Source of the DNA: a virus
Lineage: Duplodnaviria > Caudoviricetes
Virus record (IMG/VR): IMGVR_UViG_3300020733_000003
Span: 1 to 56,738 of that record
Strand: one strand, 5' to 3'
Length of the DNA: 56,738 nucleotides
Shown here in pieces: positions 1-7,041 of the stretch; the stretch's first letter is position 1; each line of letters begins with the position of its first letter. Both the position numbers and the translations under genes were made by a program. The notes under the pieces were generated by a model. That model saw only the letters and a program-made list of their open reading frames with translations. It did not search any database and had not been told where the DNA came from.

Positions 1-99
1 GGGGTCAAACCATAGGGTCAAAAGTTCAAGCATGATCCTCTTCAGTTCAAGCTCATCAGAAATTTGATCCCCTTCGACATGATAGTGAAGAAGTGTTGA
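1..99. repeat. Terminal direct repeat, left copy (identical to 56640-56738); most likely assembler overlap of a circular contig
   Basis: Exact 99-bp match ggggtcaaac...gaagtgttga at both ends; 99 is a common assembly k-mer size. Confidence 0.9.
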
Positions 100-221
100 A
101 GTTAGACACCTCAAAATCAGCCAAAGAATTTTCCAAAACCTAGTATAGAAGATCAAGGGGATCATCAAATGAGCCTCTTGATCCCCTTCGAGTACCCCCT
201 CTTGCTTATCAGACTCCTCTC

Positions 222-250
222 TTGCGCCCCTTGACACCATCTGGTATGCT
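222..250 (+). promoter_or_regulatory. Candidate sigma70-type promoter
   Basis: TTGCGC-17 bp-TATGCT with an extended -10 TG; no obvious downstream ORF. Confidence 0.3.
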
Positions 251-611
251 CTTCTCAGCCACCCTGAAGAAGGGGGGAGGGGGGGGATATTGTCTGAATC
301 CAGACCTCCATGAGCGATTTAGCAGGTGGCTACGACCTCGGACCAAACACTGACGACTCTTATTTTTGTATTGGAATCATGCAGTTCTTTAGGAGGGTTC
401 AAGCAATGAGCCCCTTCCAATCTAGTACCCCACAGTAAAAGTGCTAGTTGGAGCAGGAAGTTGGGAGGTTTCTAAGGATTACTCCAACACAAGAAAGTTT
501 TAATGGCCCGCCCCGAATCATCAAAAATGTATAGTCGCAGGCAGGAAGTGAGCAGTCCCAAGAATTTAGAATCTACTAAGTTTGGGACTGTGGTATGCGC
601 GAGAGGCTAAA

Positions 612-782
612 TCAATTGCTAACGATTAGCCGTCTGACCTTATCGCTGATTCCGGTTCCCGGTTTGGACAAGAGCAGTGTTAACTCCTGCTCGTTTAGGT
701 AGATGTTGAAGGCTTTTCGATACCCCTCTGGTGGCTCGGCTTTACCTTTTGGCCGGCCCGGTTTTGACTTGGTTTGGTTCAT
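612..782 (-). CDS. Small ribbon-helix-helix-like DNA-binding protein (56 aa, not in ORF track)
   Basis: MNQTKSKPGRPKGKAEPPEGYRKAFNIYLNEQELTLLLSKPGTGISDKVRRLIVSN: GRPK, beta-strand FNIYL, then two helices; ATGA overlap with the upstream gene. Confidence 0.6.
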   Translation of the reverse strand: MNQTKSKPGRPKGKAEPPEGYRKAFNIYLNEQELTLLLSKPGTGISDKVRRLIVSN

Positions 783-1069
783 AGTGTAACCTCTGCTCCC
801 CCTCGATAAGCAAAAGAATACGTTTGGAAGGATTGGGCATCGGGCGATACTTGCTTGACTTCCGCAAACTCCATGGTTGCCGCGTCGTAATCGTAGTCGT
901 GCGTTATCATATTCAGGGCCTCGATGATACGCGACTGTAAAGATCGGTTAGCATCGAATCCGGTGACTGATCCGAAAGAGCCACAAGGCTCTTCTAAGTC
1001 ACACCAGTCGTTGTTTGGCTGTCCGTTGCCGATGCAACAGACTTCGATTGATCGTAGTGCCTCACTCAT
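779..1069 (-). CDS. Hypothetical protein
   Basis: 96 aa; overlaps both neighbours in the leftward operon. Confidence 0.7.
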   Translation of the reverse strand: MSEALRSIEVCCIGNGQPNNDWCDLEEPCGSFGSVTGFDANRSLQSRIIEALNMITHDYDYDAATMEFAEVKQVSPDAQSFQTYSFAYRGGAEVTL

Positions 1070-1349
1070 TAATTGCCCCTTCAGTGAGTTTAGTAACGCT
1101 AAGGATTACCACGTCTGGTGACGCGGGATAGTGGTGTTGGTGTTCGTCGTAGCAGTTATCGATGGTGTCGTACGGTAGAACATCGATGTCGATTTCGATA
1201 ATTTCATTGTTGATCTTCTCCAGCGAGACGTCATCCTCAAATGGGAAGTTGAAGGTGTCCTTCAAGGCGTCCTTAAGGTTGTCTGCTTCGACGACGATTT
1301 CAGAATACACTCGGACGTTCCGAGCGAATTGGATGGTGAATTTAGGCAT
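1062..1349 (-). CDS. Hypothetical acidic protein (start revised to MPKFTIQF)
   Basis: AGGAG SD just upstream of ATG at 1349; the longer ORF-track start lies inside the hammerhead. Confidence 0.75.
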   Translation of the reverse strand: MPKFTIQFARNVRVYSEIVVEADNLKDALKDTFNFPFEDDVSLEKINNEIIEIDIDVLPYDTIDNCYDEHQHHYPASPDVVILSVTKLTEGAINE

Positions 1350-1368
1350 TGGTTTTCTCCTGTCTGAT

Positions 1369-1431
1369 GGACTCATCAGCAGTGGCCTTACCACTGGACA
1401 GAGTAGGCTGTCTACCTGCTCTGTTTCGTCC
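1369..1431 (-). ncRNA. Type II hammerhead ribozyme HH1
   Basis: Minus-strand RNA GGAC-GAAA-CAGAGCAGG/UAGACAG/CCUACUCUG-UC^-CAGUGG/UAAGG/CCACUG-CUGAUGA-GUCC: full catalytic core, three stems and a GUC triplet; predicted cut between 1397 and 1396. Confidence 0.93.
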
Positions 1432-1481
1432 TGTAAGAGTTGCTTAAAGTAGAAGGGGGATATGCTCCCCCTTATGGAGTG

Positions 1482-1691
1482 TTAGGCTGTCAAAGACTTA
1501 GCCAATGCTTTAATCCATTGACCGGGATATTCCGATGCGGACGCTAGTCGTAAAATGTGTTGTTTCCCGTCTTCAGTTTTTGACAATGCGGTCAAAACAG
1601 ATTTAGCCGCTCTGACAAGATGCGGGCACGTTTCAAGGTAGTAGCGGTTATTTGCGGGTGTGGGATTGGTTTTCATGGGTTTTGTAAGCAT
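1482..1691 (-). CDS. Hypothetical protein
   Basis: 69-aa ORF in the operon, followed by a hairpin and HH1. Confidence 0.6.
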   Translation of the reverse strand: MLTKPMKTNPTPANNRYYLETCPHLVRAAKSVLTALSKTEDGKQHILRLASASEYPGQWIKALAKSLTA

Positions 1692-1770
1692 GCTTTATTT
1701 CGAGGATGCTTGGACGTAGACTGCAAAGCCAATTTCGGAAGCAATCTTCCGACACTCTTCGATCATTCGG

Positions 1771-2163
1771 TTAGCTCGTTATTAGTTCTTCGTGTACCTT
1801 CTTGTCTTGTTCACGTTGTCCGTCAAAACAGTAGTTGGCTAGGGGGAACGTTCTAATCTCGTATGCCAAGTCTCGAAGATGCTGGGCGTAGTAGGCTTTG
1901 TCAAAATGAGGTTCCAGTTCATTCCAGATAGCTTGAATCTGATCCTCTGGAAACAATGCGCAGATCTTGTTCATCCTGATAGTCGTGATGTTGGTATCGG
2001 TGCTGCCGATCACAGTACAGGCTATCAGCCGTGTTCCGAATTCTGGATCGTCTCCAAGGGGATCGGTGGCTGTCTGAGCAGTCTGCAAAGTTAATGTCGA
2101 ACCCATTCCTGTGTGAATGATGCCGATTGATCCAAGTTCGTAGTAGATTTTCATTATGTTCAC
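1771..2163 (-). CDS. Hypothetical protein (possibly frameshifted near its 3' end)
   Basis: 130 aa; GTGA overlap with the upstream gene. Confidence 0.65.
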   Translation of the reverse strand: MNIMKIYYELGSIGIIHTGMGSTLTLQTAQTATDPLGDDPEFGTRLIACTVIGSTDTNITTIRMNKICALFPEDQIQAIWNELEPHFDKAYYAQHLRDLAYEIRTFPLANYCFDGQREQDKKVHEELITS

Positions 2164-2489
2164 GGGATCAAAAGAGATTTGATCTTGGCAATAGCGTCTT
2201 TAACTTGCGACGTGTCAGAAATGTTGACCATGATATAGCCATCATTATTCGATGAATAGCAAGAAGGTAAAGCGTGACCGGAAAAGCGAACTTTCACTCG
2301 TGGGCCATCAATCATATAGCCTTCGGCATCCAATCCCAAATCATCGTTCCAGACCGTAAGATAACGGGAAGCTGACTTCTCGGAATAACTTGCATAAACG
2401 GTTAAACCTGCTTTTTCTAGTTGATTAGACATTCGATTGAATGAAGATGCTAAGCCAGTGAATCCGCTTGATTTCTTGATAAGTGACAT
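2160..2489 (-). CDS. Hypothetical protein
   Basis: 109 aa; strong SD context AGGAGACAACC-ATG. Confidence 0.8.
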   Translation of the reverse strand: MSLIKKSSGFTGLASSFNRMSNQLEKAGLTVYASYSEKSASRYLTVWNDDLGLDAEGYMIDGPRVKVRFSGHALPSCYSSNNDGYIMVNISDTSQVKDAIAKIKSLLIP

Positions 2490-2499
2490 GGTTGTCTCC

Positions 2500-2579
2500 T
2501 AGTCCCATCGGAGCAGACTTTGGACTGCTCTTGTGGTTTAACAGCCCAGACTGGCTGGACTGCCCATCACCATTGACTA
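2500..2579 (-). ncRNA. Unassigned structured RNA in the hammerhead-equivalent position (candidate ribozyme or processing element)
   Basis: Closing stem UAGUC/GACUA; hairpins CAGCC-AGUCUG-GGCUG and GAGCAG-UCCAAAGU-CUGCUC; ends directly at the SD. Confidence 0.5.
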
Positions 2580-2613
2580 TGTGGGGAAGATAAGACTTCC
2601 TCTTAGTGAGTGT

Positions 2614-2889
2614 TTAGAAAAATGATCTCGGTCTTACATCTGGCCCGTACTTTCCAGAGTGCCGAGCCACACAAAGAAGTTCGTCTAACCAGCCGTCATT
2701 CACTCTTTCCGCAATCGCGTCAAGAATTTCGGTTTTGGTCATTTTGCGAAGTGGAGCGTAACCCCCAGTGATGGAGCATTCGGTTCCTTCGTTTTCCAAG
2801 AGCAAAACGATTAATCCGCTGTTTTTTGACAAAATAATGTGCCCTCGGTAGTTATCGTGAGTGAAAGAGAATGCTGGTTTCGTGATCAT
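2614..2889 (-). CDS. Hypothetical protein
   Basis: 91 aa; AGGGGG SD; lies in the operon. Confidence 0.75.
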   Translation of the reverse strand: MITKPAFSFTHDNYRGHIILSKNSGLIVLLLENEGTECSITGGYAPLRKMTKTEILDAIAERVNDGWLDELLCVARHSGKYGPDVRPRSFF

Positions 2890-3202
2890 TTGCCCCCCTA
2901 TTGAGCATCTCTGTTTCTAGAGATTGGAAGTATGCTCTTGCTTCTGCTTTACCCTTAAATGACTTACCGAATGTAGCATGGCACAGGTAATCAAAGTGAG
3001 TGACACTCCATTTGCGGTTTGTCCACCGTGCCATTGATCCAGCAGGTTCAAACCCCGGCTCATGCTGTTTGAAGTACCAACATCGGTTATTCTCAGAGTC
3101 CACAAACGCATCGATAATCGATACCTGCGACATCTGGCCTTTGGCGTCAGTGTAGTTAGCTAATAGAATCTTCCCTGCTGGGATTTCTCGTTCTTGAATC
3201 AT
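2852..3202 (-). CDS. Hypothetical protein (start revised to MIQEREIP)
   Basis: AAGGAG SD before ATG at 3202; the longer ORF-track start lies inside HH2. Confidence 0.75.
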   Translation of the reverse strand: MIQEREIPAGKILLANYTDAKGQMSQVSIIDAFVDSENNRCWYFKQHEPGFEPAGSMARWTNRKWSVTHFDYLCHATFGKSFKGKAEARAYFQSLETEMLNRGANDHETSILFHSR

Positions 3203-3221
3203 TTTATTGTCTCCTTCTGAC

Positions 3222-3282
3222 GGACTCATCAGCAGTGGCCTTACCACTGGACAAGTAGGCTGTTTACCTACTTGTTTCGTCC
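3222..3282 (-). ncRNA. Type II hammerhead ribozyme HH2
   Basis: GGAC-GAAA-CAAGUAGG/UAAACAG/CCUACUUG-UC^-CAGUGG/UAAGG/CCACUG-CUGAUGA-GUCC; near-identical to HH1, with stem III pairing kept despite changes; predicted cut between 3250 and 3249. Confidence 0.94.
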
Positions 3283-3483
3283 TGTTACTTGTGAGTGAAA
3301 CTCACAGATATAAGCTTTCTGCTCAATAGGCTTATCCCATGATCCGAACCGTTCTGGTTGATCGATTGGTATTACTGCTTTGCCCATGATTAGCTTTGGA
3401 CTGCTACCAAACGGGAAGAGGATTTGCACACTTCCGAGAATGTAGCTTGGTCCGAGAATCGATTGCTTTAATGTTGGTTTCAT
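3268..3483 (-). CDS. Hypothetical protein, first gene of the leftward operon
   Basis: 71 aa; GGAGACAAC-ATG; its stop codon lies inside stem III of HH2. Confidence 0.7.
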   Translation of the reverse strand: MKPTLKQSILGPSYILGSVQILFPFGSSPKLIMGKAVIPIDQPERFGSWDKPIEQKAYICEFHSQVTGRNK

Positions 3484-3499
3484 GTTGTCTCCGGCGCCT

Positions 3500-3558
3500 C
3501 ACTCATCAGAGCAGGGTTGGCAATTCCTGCTGACACCAGCAGTTGCTGGTGTTTCGTG
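3500..3558 (-). ncRNA. Type II hammerhead ribozyme HH3
   Basis: CAC-GAAA-CACCAGC/AACU/GCUGGUG-UC^-AGCAGG/AAUUGCCAAC/CCUGCU-CUGAUGA-GUG; stems differ from HH1/HH2 but the core and topology are the same; predicted cut between 3532 and 3531. Confidence 0.92.
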
Positions 3559-3691
3559 TTTAAAGATCAACTCTATGCAATTGTCAAAGTGCGGACTGTT
3601 GGAAAGCGCCTCATCCGTTTCTGATTGTGCGGTTCTTCCGATCCTCAGATCAGCGACTCTCTGTGGAGTCCTCGGTGCGTCTATGGATAAG

Positions 3692-3719
3692 ATCATAGCA
3701 CGATTCACTGTTTATACAA
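3692..3719 (-). promoter_or_regulatory. Promoter for the leftward ribozyme-containing operon
   Basis: TTGTAT-16 bp-TATGAT with an extended -10 (TGc); GTGCTATGAT recurs at 13233-13242. Confidence 0.55.
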
Positions 3720-4205
3720 GTGGTTTTAGAATAGATTTTAGTGATGGCAGTGAAATACAGTATTGTTACTAGGTGAGGCTATCGATTGAACCTGTGGGTA
3801 AACCAATGTTTCACAGATGTTTCACAGACAAGAGCAGTCTCAGGGGTTAGGTTCAAAACACCCATTTCTTGCCGTCTGGAATGCCCAAAAGTGGGCATCA
3901 AATACCTTGCCTTGTGTTTATATGCCTATTTTAAAAATGGCATCTGAACCGGTTCAGTTTGCGATTTGAGCGATTGGCCCCGACGGGCTGGAGCAGAAAT
4001 TCACAGAAAGTAGTAGACAAACAGGTAGAAACCTACGATCTGAGAATCGTTAGGTTGGCTAAGTATCGTGCGAGGATCGTTTGGAACAGGAAACGAGCAG
4101 AAACTGGCGCAGTTGAGTAGTCCACTGCTGACAGACCAGCAGTCGATGAACAGGCTGTCAGACAACCAAGCAGACGTGCTTAATGGTGCGCTGTGCTGTG
4201 GCACC

Positions 4206-4264
4206 AGCAGTCGAGCAGTCGAGCAGTCGAGCAGTCGAGCAGTCGAGCAGTCGAGCAGTCGAGC
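4206..4264. repeat. Perfect tandem repeat (AGCAGTCG)x7 plus AGC
   Basis: Read directly; lies in a ~900-bp noncoding divergent region. Confidence 0.95.
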
Positions 4265-4488
4265 TTACTCTTGGTTGGTTGGTAGGGTTGGTGGATGGGC
4301 TGTCGCTTTCGCTCAAGTATGTCCCCATGCCCACATGCCCCCCCCCCACACACCCGCTGGCCGCCGATCGCCTCCGCTATCGCCCCGATACAAACTGCGG
4401 CCTATTTTTTTGGACAAAAACCTTTTGGGTAGCATTGTTACTATTTCTCATGGTAATCTAGCGCCGCCCACCCGGGCAAGGAGTTTCT

Positions 4489-4797
4489 ATGTTCATAAAG
4501 CTTCATGAGAACTTTGGTGCAGAGACCTCGGAGACCTACTTCAACATGGCGACGGTCACTAAGGTCTTAAAGAGTCGACAGGACTCGACGTTCTTGATCG
4601 TAGGTGATGAGGGGTGCGAGATCACCGAGACGCCAGAGGAGATCATGAATCTTCTCAAGGTTGCCCAATACAATGCGACGGTTTATCCTGTTTTTGGTTG
4701 GACCCAGCCATTGACTATCAACAGTGAAACGCAGTGGAAGGCAATTCCCCAGACACACACTAGCCCTAACATCAGTGGGGAGGGTCCAAAGGAATGA
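4489..4797 (+). CDS. Hypothetical protein with a FlbD/SwrD-like N-terminus
   Basis: Pattern MFIKL...YFN...V...DSTFLIV...ITETPEEI; AGGAG SD. Confidence 0.55.
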   Translation: MFIKLHENFGAETSETYFNMATVTKVLKSRQDSTFLIVGDEGCEITETPEEIMNLLKVAQYNATVYPVFGWTQPLTINSETQWKAIPQTHTSPNISGEGPKE

Positions 4798-5216
4798 AAG
4801 CGCCGTGGATGAGGGAAGATGGCCCGGGCTTTGTGTTCCGCAAGTTCGAGCCGAGGGATAAGCCCGATAGTTTTCAGGTCTTCTGCCGCTACCGGGTTGG
4901 CGACAATCGGTCGCTGGGTGTTTACCGGATGGGGAACAAGGGGCCAGTGAAATCGCAGGCTCTGAAGATGTTGACAGACGCGACGCCTGAGACACTGCTG
5001 ATGATCCTGTGGCACTTTATCGAGACGCCTATGCTGATCAAGGGGCCGGGAACCCCTGTTAGCCACAAGAAGGGCAAGTATGATGCGGCTAAGAAGCACA
5101 TCATCAAGGCGCTGGAGATCTTTGTGGAGATCAGGGAGGAGGACGAGGAGGAGGCAAGGAAGCTGGCCGAAGAGGTGAACGGAAAGAAGGAGAAGGTGGA
5201 AGATGATGGGAAGTAG
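4794..5216 (+). CDS. Hypothetical protein
   Basis: 140 aa; ATGA coupling; charged C-terminus. Confidence 0.75.
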   Translation: MKAPWMREDGPGFVFRKFEPRDKPDSFQVFCRYRVGDNRSLGVYRMGNKGPVKSQALKMLTDATPETLLMILWHFIETPMLIKGPGTPVSHKKGKYDAAKKHIIKALEIFVEIREEDEEEARKLAEEVNGKKEKVEDDGK

Positions 5217-5595
5217 TGAGCCAAGTATTCCCAGGCACAAGTGGCGCGAAGTCACCAGTTATCGTCGGGGGCGACCGGGTGAGCATAAGGTGTTTGCCTA
5301 CGATGTGGACTTGACTCCAGAGGAGATCGAGGCAGGCCATGTGGTGACGCCTACAGTGGTGTACTCGATCCACGCTGGGGACAGCGACGATGTGCTGGCT
5401 GTGCTTAGGTTTGACGAGGTTCTAACCCCAGATGTGGTGTGTGCGATCCTTGACGACCATTTGACGACTAGGGCGAAGACAGAGAACATCAGGATGCTGT
5501 ACGACCTGAATGTGGCGATCGGCAAGATCAAAGAGGCGTTGGTCCACTTGGTCCGCAGGCATGATGCGGTGCCAGTGCAGGAACCTGAAGGATAA
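5203..5595 (+). CDS. Hypothetical protein
   Basis: 130 aa; overlaps the upstream gene; followed by a hairpin. Confidence 0.7.
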   Translation: MMGSSEPSIPRHKWREVTSYRRGRPGEHKVFAYDVDLTPEEIEAGHVVTPTVVYSIHAGDSDDVLAVLRFDEVLTPDVVCAILDDHLTTRAKTENIRMLYDLNVAIGKIKEALVHLVRRHDAVPVQEPEG

Positions 5596-5630
5596 AAATG
5601 CCCCCTACCGGACCAAGGTGAGGGGGCTAT
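5594..5630. terminator. Hairpin between convergent genes
   Basis: GCCCCCT...AGGGGGC stem with an A-run on the left. Confidence 0.5.
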
Positions 5631-5792
5631 GGAGGATACACGTATGGACACCGTGTCCCTTTGTTGCTTGTCATTTTGTACCGACGTCGCTATTTTTGTT
5701 GAAGGAGACCGCGATCTATCGGGGAGTAATGAAACCCAAGCACCTGCAATGGAAGTTATACCATAGATGGTTTTGATTCTGGCGAGACATTG

Positions 5793-6026
5793 TTAATCTT
5801 CTGAATCTTCAGCAAGAATCCTCTTTAGTTTATCGCTAGAGCGCACAAACATTCCCAGACAAAGAGAAGCGCCACCATGATAACCCATTTTAAACACGGT
5901 CTGATTCTGTAGAATATTATGCTCTTCTAATGCCACAACTGAGGCGATGCCGTATCGTAAAGCCTCATGGCAAAGTTCATCAAACCTATCCATAAAATCA
6001 TCAAAAGAGTTGGGTTCACTCATCAT
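5793..6026 (-). CDS. Hypothetical protein
   Basis: 77 aa; ATGA coupling. Confidence 0.7.
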   Translation of the reverse strand: MMSEPNSFDDFMDRFDELCHEALRYGIASVVALEEHNILQNQTVFKMGYHGGASLCLGMFVRSSDKLKRILAEDSED

Positions 6027-6349
6027 GTTATCTTATGCACCTCCCAATCGCATTCTTCGTCTTCTGCTACCAAGGTTAGTTCGTCGCATCTATCCAATTC
6101 TTGAGTGACGCCATCAAGGGCTTCCTTAATTTGACGAATGCTGAAGTAGTTGAAGCAAGCCGCCGCATTTACATAGCACCAGACTTTGCCGCCGCCCACA
6201 TTCTCTGTGTTCATCAGGTTGAAGCGTTGGCCATTAGCCAACGGAGAGATCCGATCGTTGATGACAGCTAAGGCAAGCAATGACTCCGAGCCATCATTAT
6301 CGTCGCAGTTCAGTGAGAACGCTAGAATAGCGTGGGTAAGGTAGCTCAT
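6023..6349 (-). CDS. Hypothetical protein
   Basis: 108 aa; TAATG coupling. Confidence 0.75.
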   Translation of the reverse strand: MSYLTHAILAFSLNCDDNDGSESLLALAVINDRISPLANGQRFNLMNTENVGGGKVWCYVNAAACFNYFSIRQIKEALDGVTQELDRCDELTLVAEDEECDWEVHKIT

Positions 6350-6549
6350 TACGCCTGCAACTTCAGAAGCTCTTTGATTTCCGCAAAGTACTTCTCAAAC
6401 TCATGCGGATACTCCGCTGGGTTGACCACCCGAAGGATGACGATGAAGAAGAGAATGACCAGCTTCTCTCTGGTCGTTAGTGGGCCTTTAGATTTGTTCA
6501 CAGGAAATACCTCGCAAGCCTCTGCCCCTGTTCTCGCTCGGGTAGACAC
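6349..6549 (-). CDS. Small membrane protein (start uncertain)
   Basis: Hydrophobic stretch LVILFFIVILRVV; stop coupled to the next gene. Confidence 0.5.
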   Translation of the reverse strand: MSTRARTGAEACEVFPVNKSKGPLTTREKLVILFFIVILRVVNPAEYPHEFEKYFAEIKELLKLQA

Positions 6550-6956
6550 CCAAAGTTCTCAATGATTGCTAGTGCCTTATGGAATGTAATGTACTTAGTG
6601 AACCAGAGGCTGTAGATACGAGCCAAATGTGGATCCTCTGAACCCACGTAGTAGGTGCAGGTGTGCCCGTTATCCTCTGGAGTCACAAAGCTGACGACGG
6701 CGTGAGGCACCAGTCGCTTGATCAGCTTGCAGAACTCGTTTTCAAACTCAAGGATGTTCATCTCAGTGCCGCGAGCAAGGATCAAATCCTTTATGTCGGC
6801 GTAGGCTTGAGTAAATGATTTGCCCTTGTCCATCTCCTTGTCGAGTAATCCCTTCCATGTCATCCCATCCATTATGGAGTCTGGGTAGTTGTAAAACTTT
6901 GCAAGCTTTTCGAGTTGCTGAACTGCCATACCGAGTGAATCTAGAATTAGTGCCAT
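6498..6956 (-). CDS. Hypothetical protein (start revised to MALILDSL)
   Basis: The ORF-track extension runs through the tRNA-like and structured RNA elements. Confidence 0.65.
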   Translation of the reverse strand: MALILDSLGMAVQQLEKLAKFYNYPDSIMDGMTWKGLLDKEMDKGKSFTQAYADIKDLILARGTEMNILEFENEFCKLIKRLVPHAVVSFVTPEDNGHTCTYYVGSEDPHLARIYSLWFTKYITFHKALAIIENFGCLPEREQGQRLARYFL

Positions 6957-6974
6957 AAGTGTGGTGTGGTTAGT

Positions 6975-7041
6975 AACCCCGGCTCGGCCAACTGACTTAG
7001 CCCTCGCAGAAAGCTTCGCCGGGATCGATTTGCCGCCAGTC
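6975..7041 (-). ncRNA. Candidate pseudoknotted RNA between the tRNA-like element and the next gene
   Basis: Crossing stems GACUGGC/GUCAGUU and GAUCCCGGC/GCCGGGGUU, plus inner hairpin GCUUUC-UGC-GAGGGC. Confidence 0.45.

Noticed and set aside
1-99. Biological direct terminal repeat
   Set aside because: The 99-bp length matches a typical assembler k-mer overlap; it supports circularity or completeness, not a physical end.
1350-1394. Shared N-terminal peptide MVRPLLMSPS in ORFs 1062..1394 and 2852..3247
   Set aside because: It is the translation of the repeated hammerhead core; the SD-backed starts are at 1349 and 3202.
2575-2625. Hatchet-like words (ATGTGGGG...TTAGTG) on the + strand
   Set aside because: Antisense to the operon and lacking the 5' hatchet stem; explained by the minus-strand hairpin.
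4068-4508. ORFs spanning the AGCAGTCG array (4068..4508, 4158..4349, 4183..4461)
   Set aside because: They are open because the repeat lacks stops; the translation is low-complexity and there is no SD.
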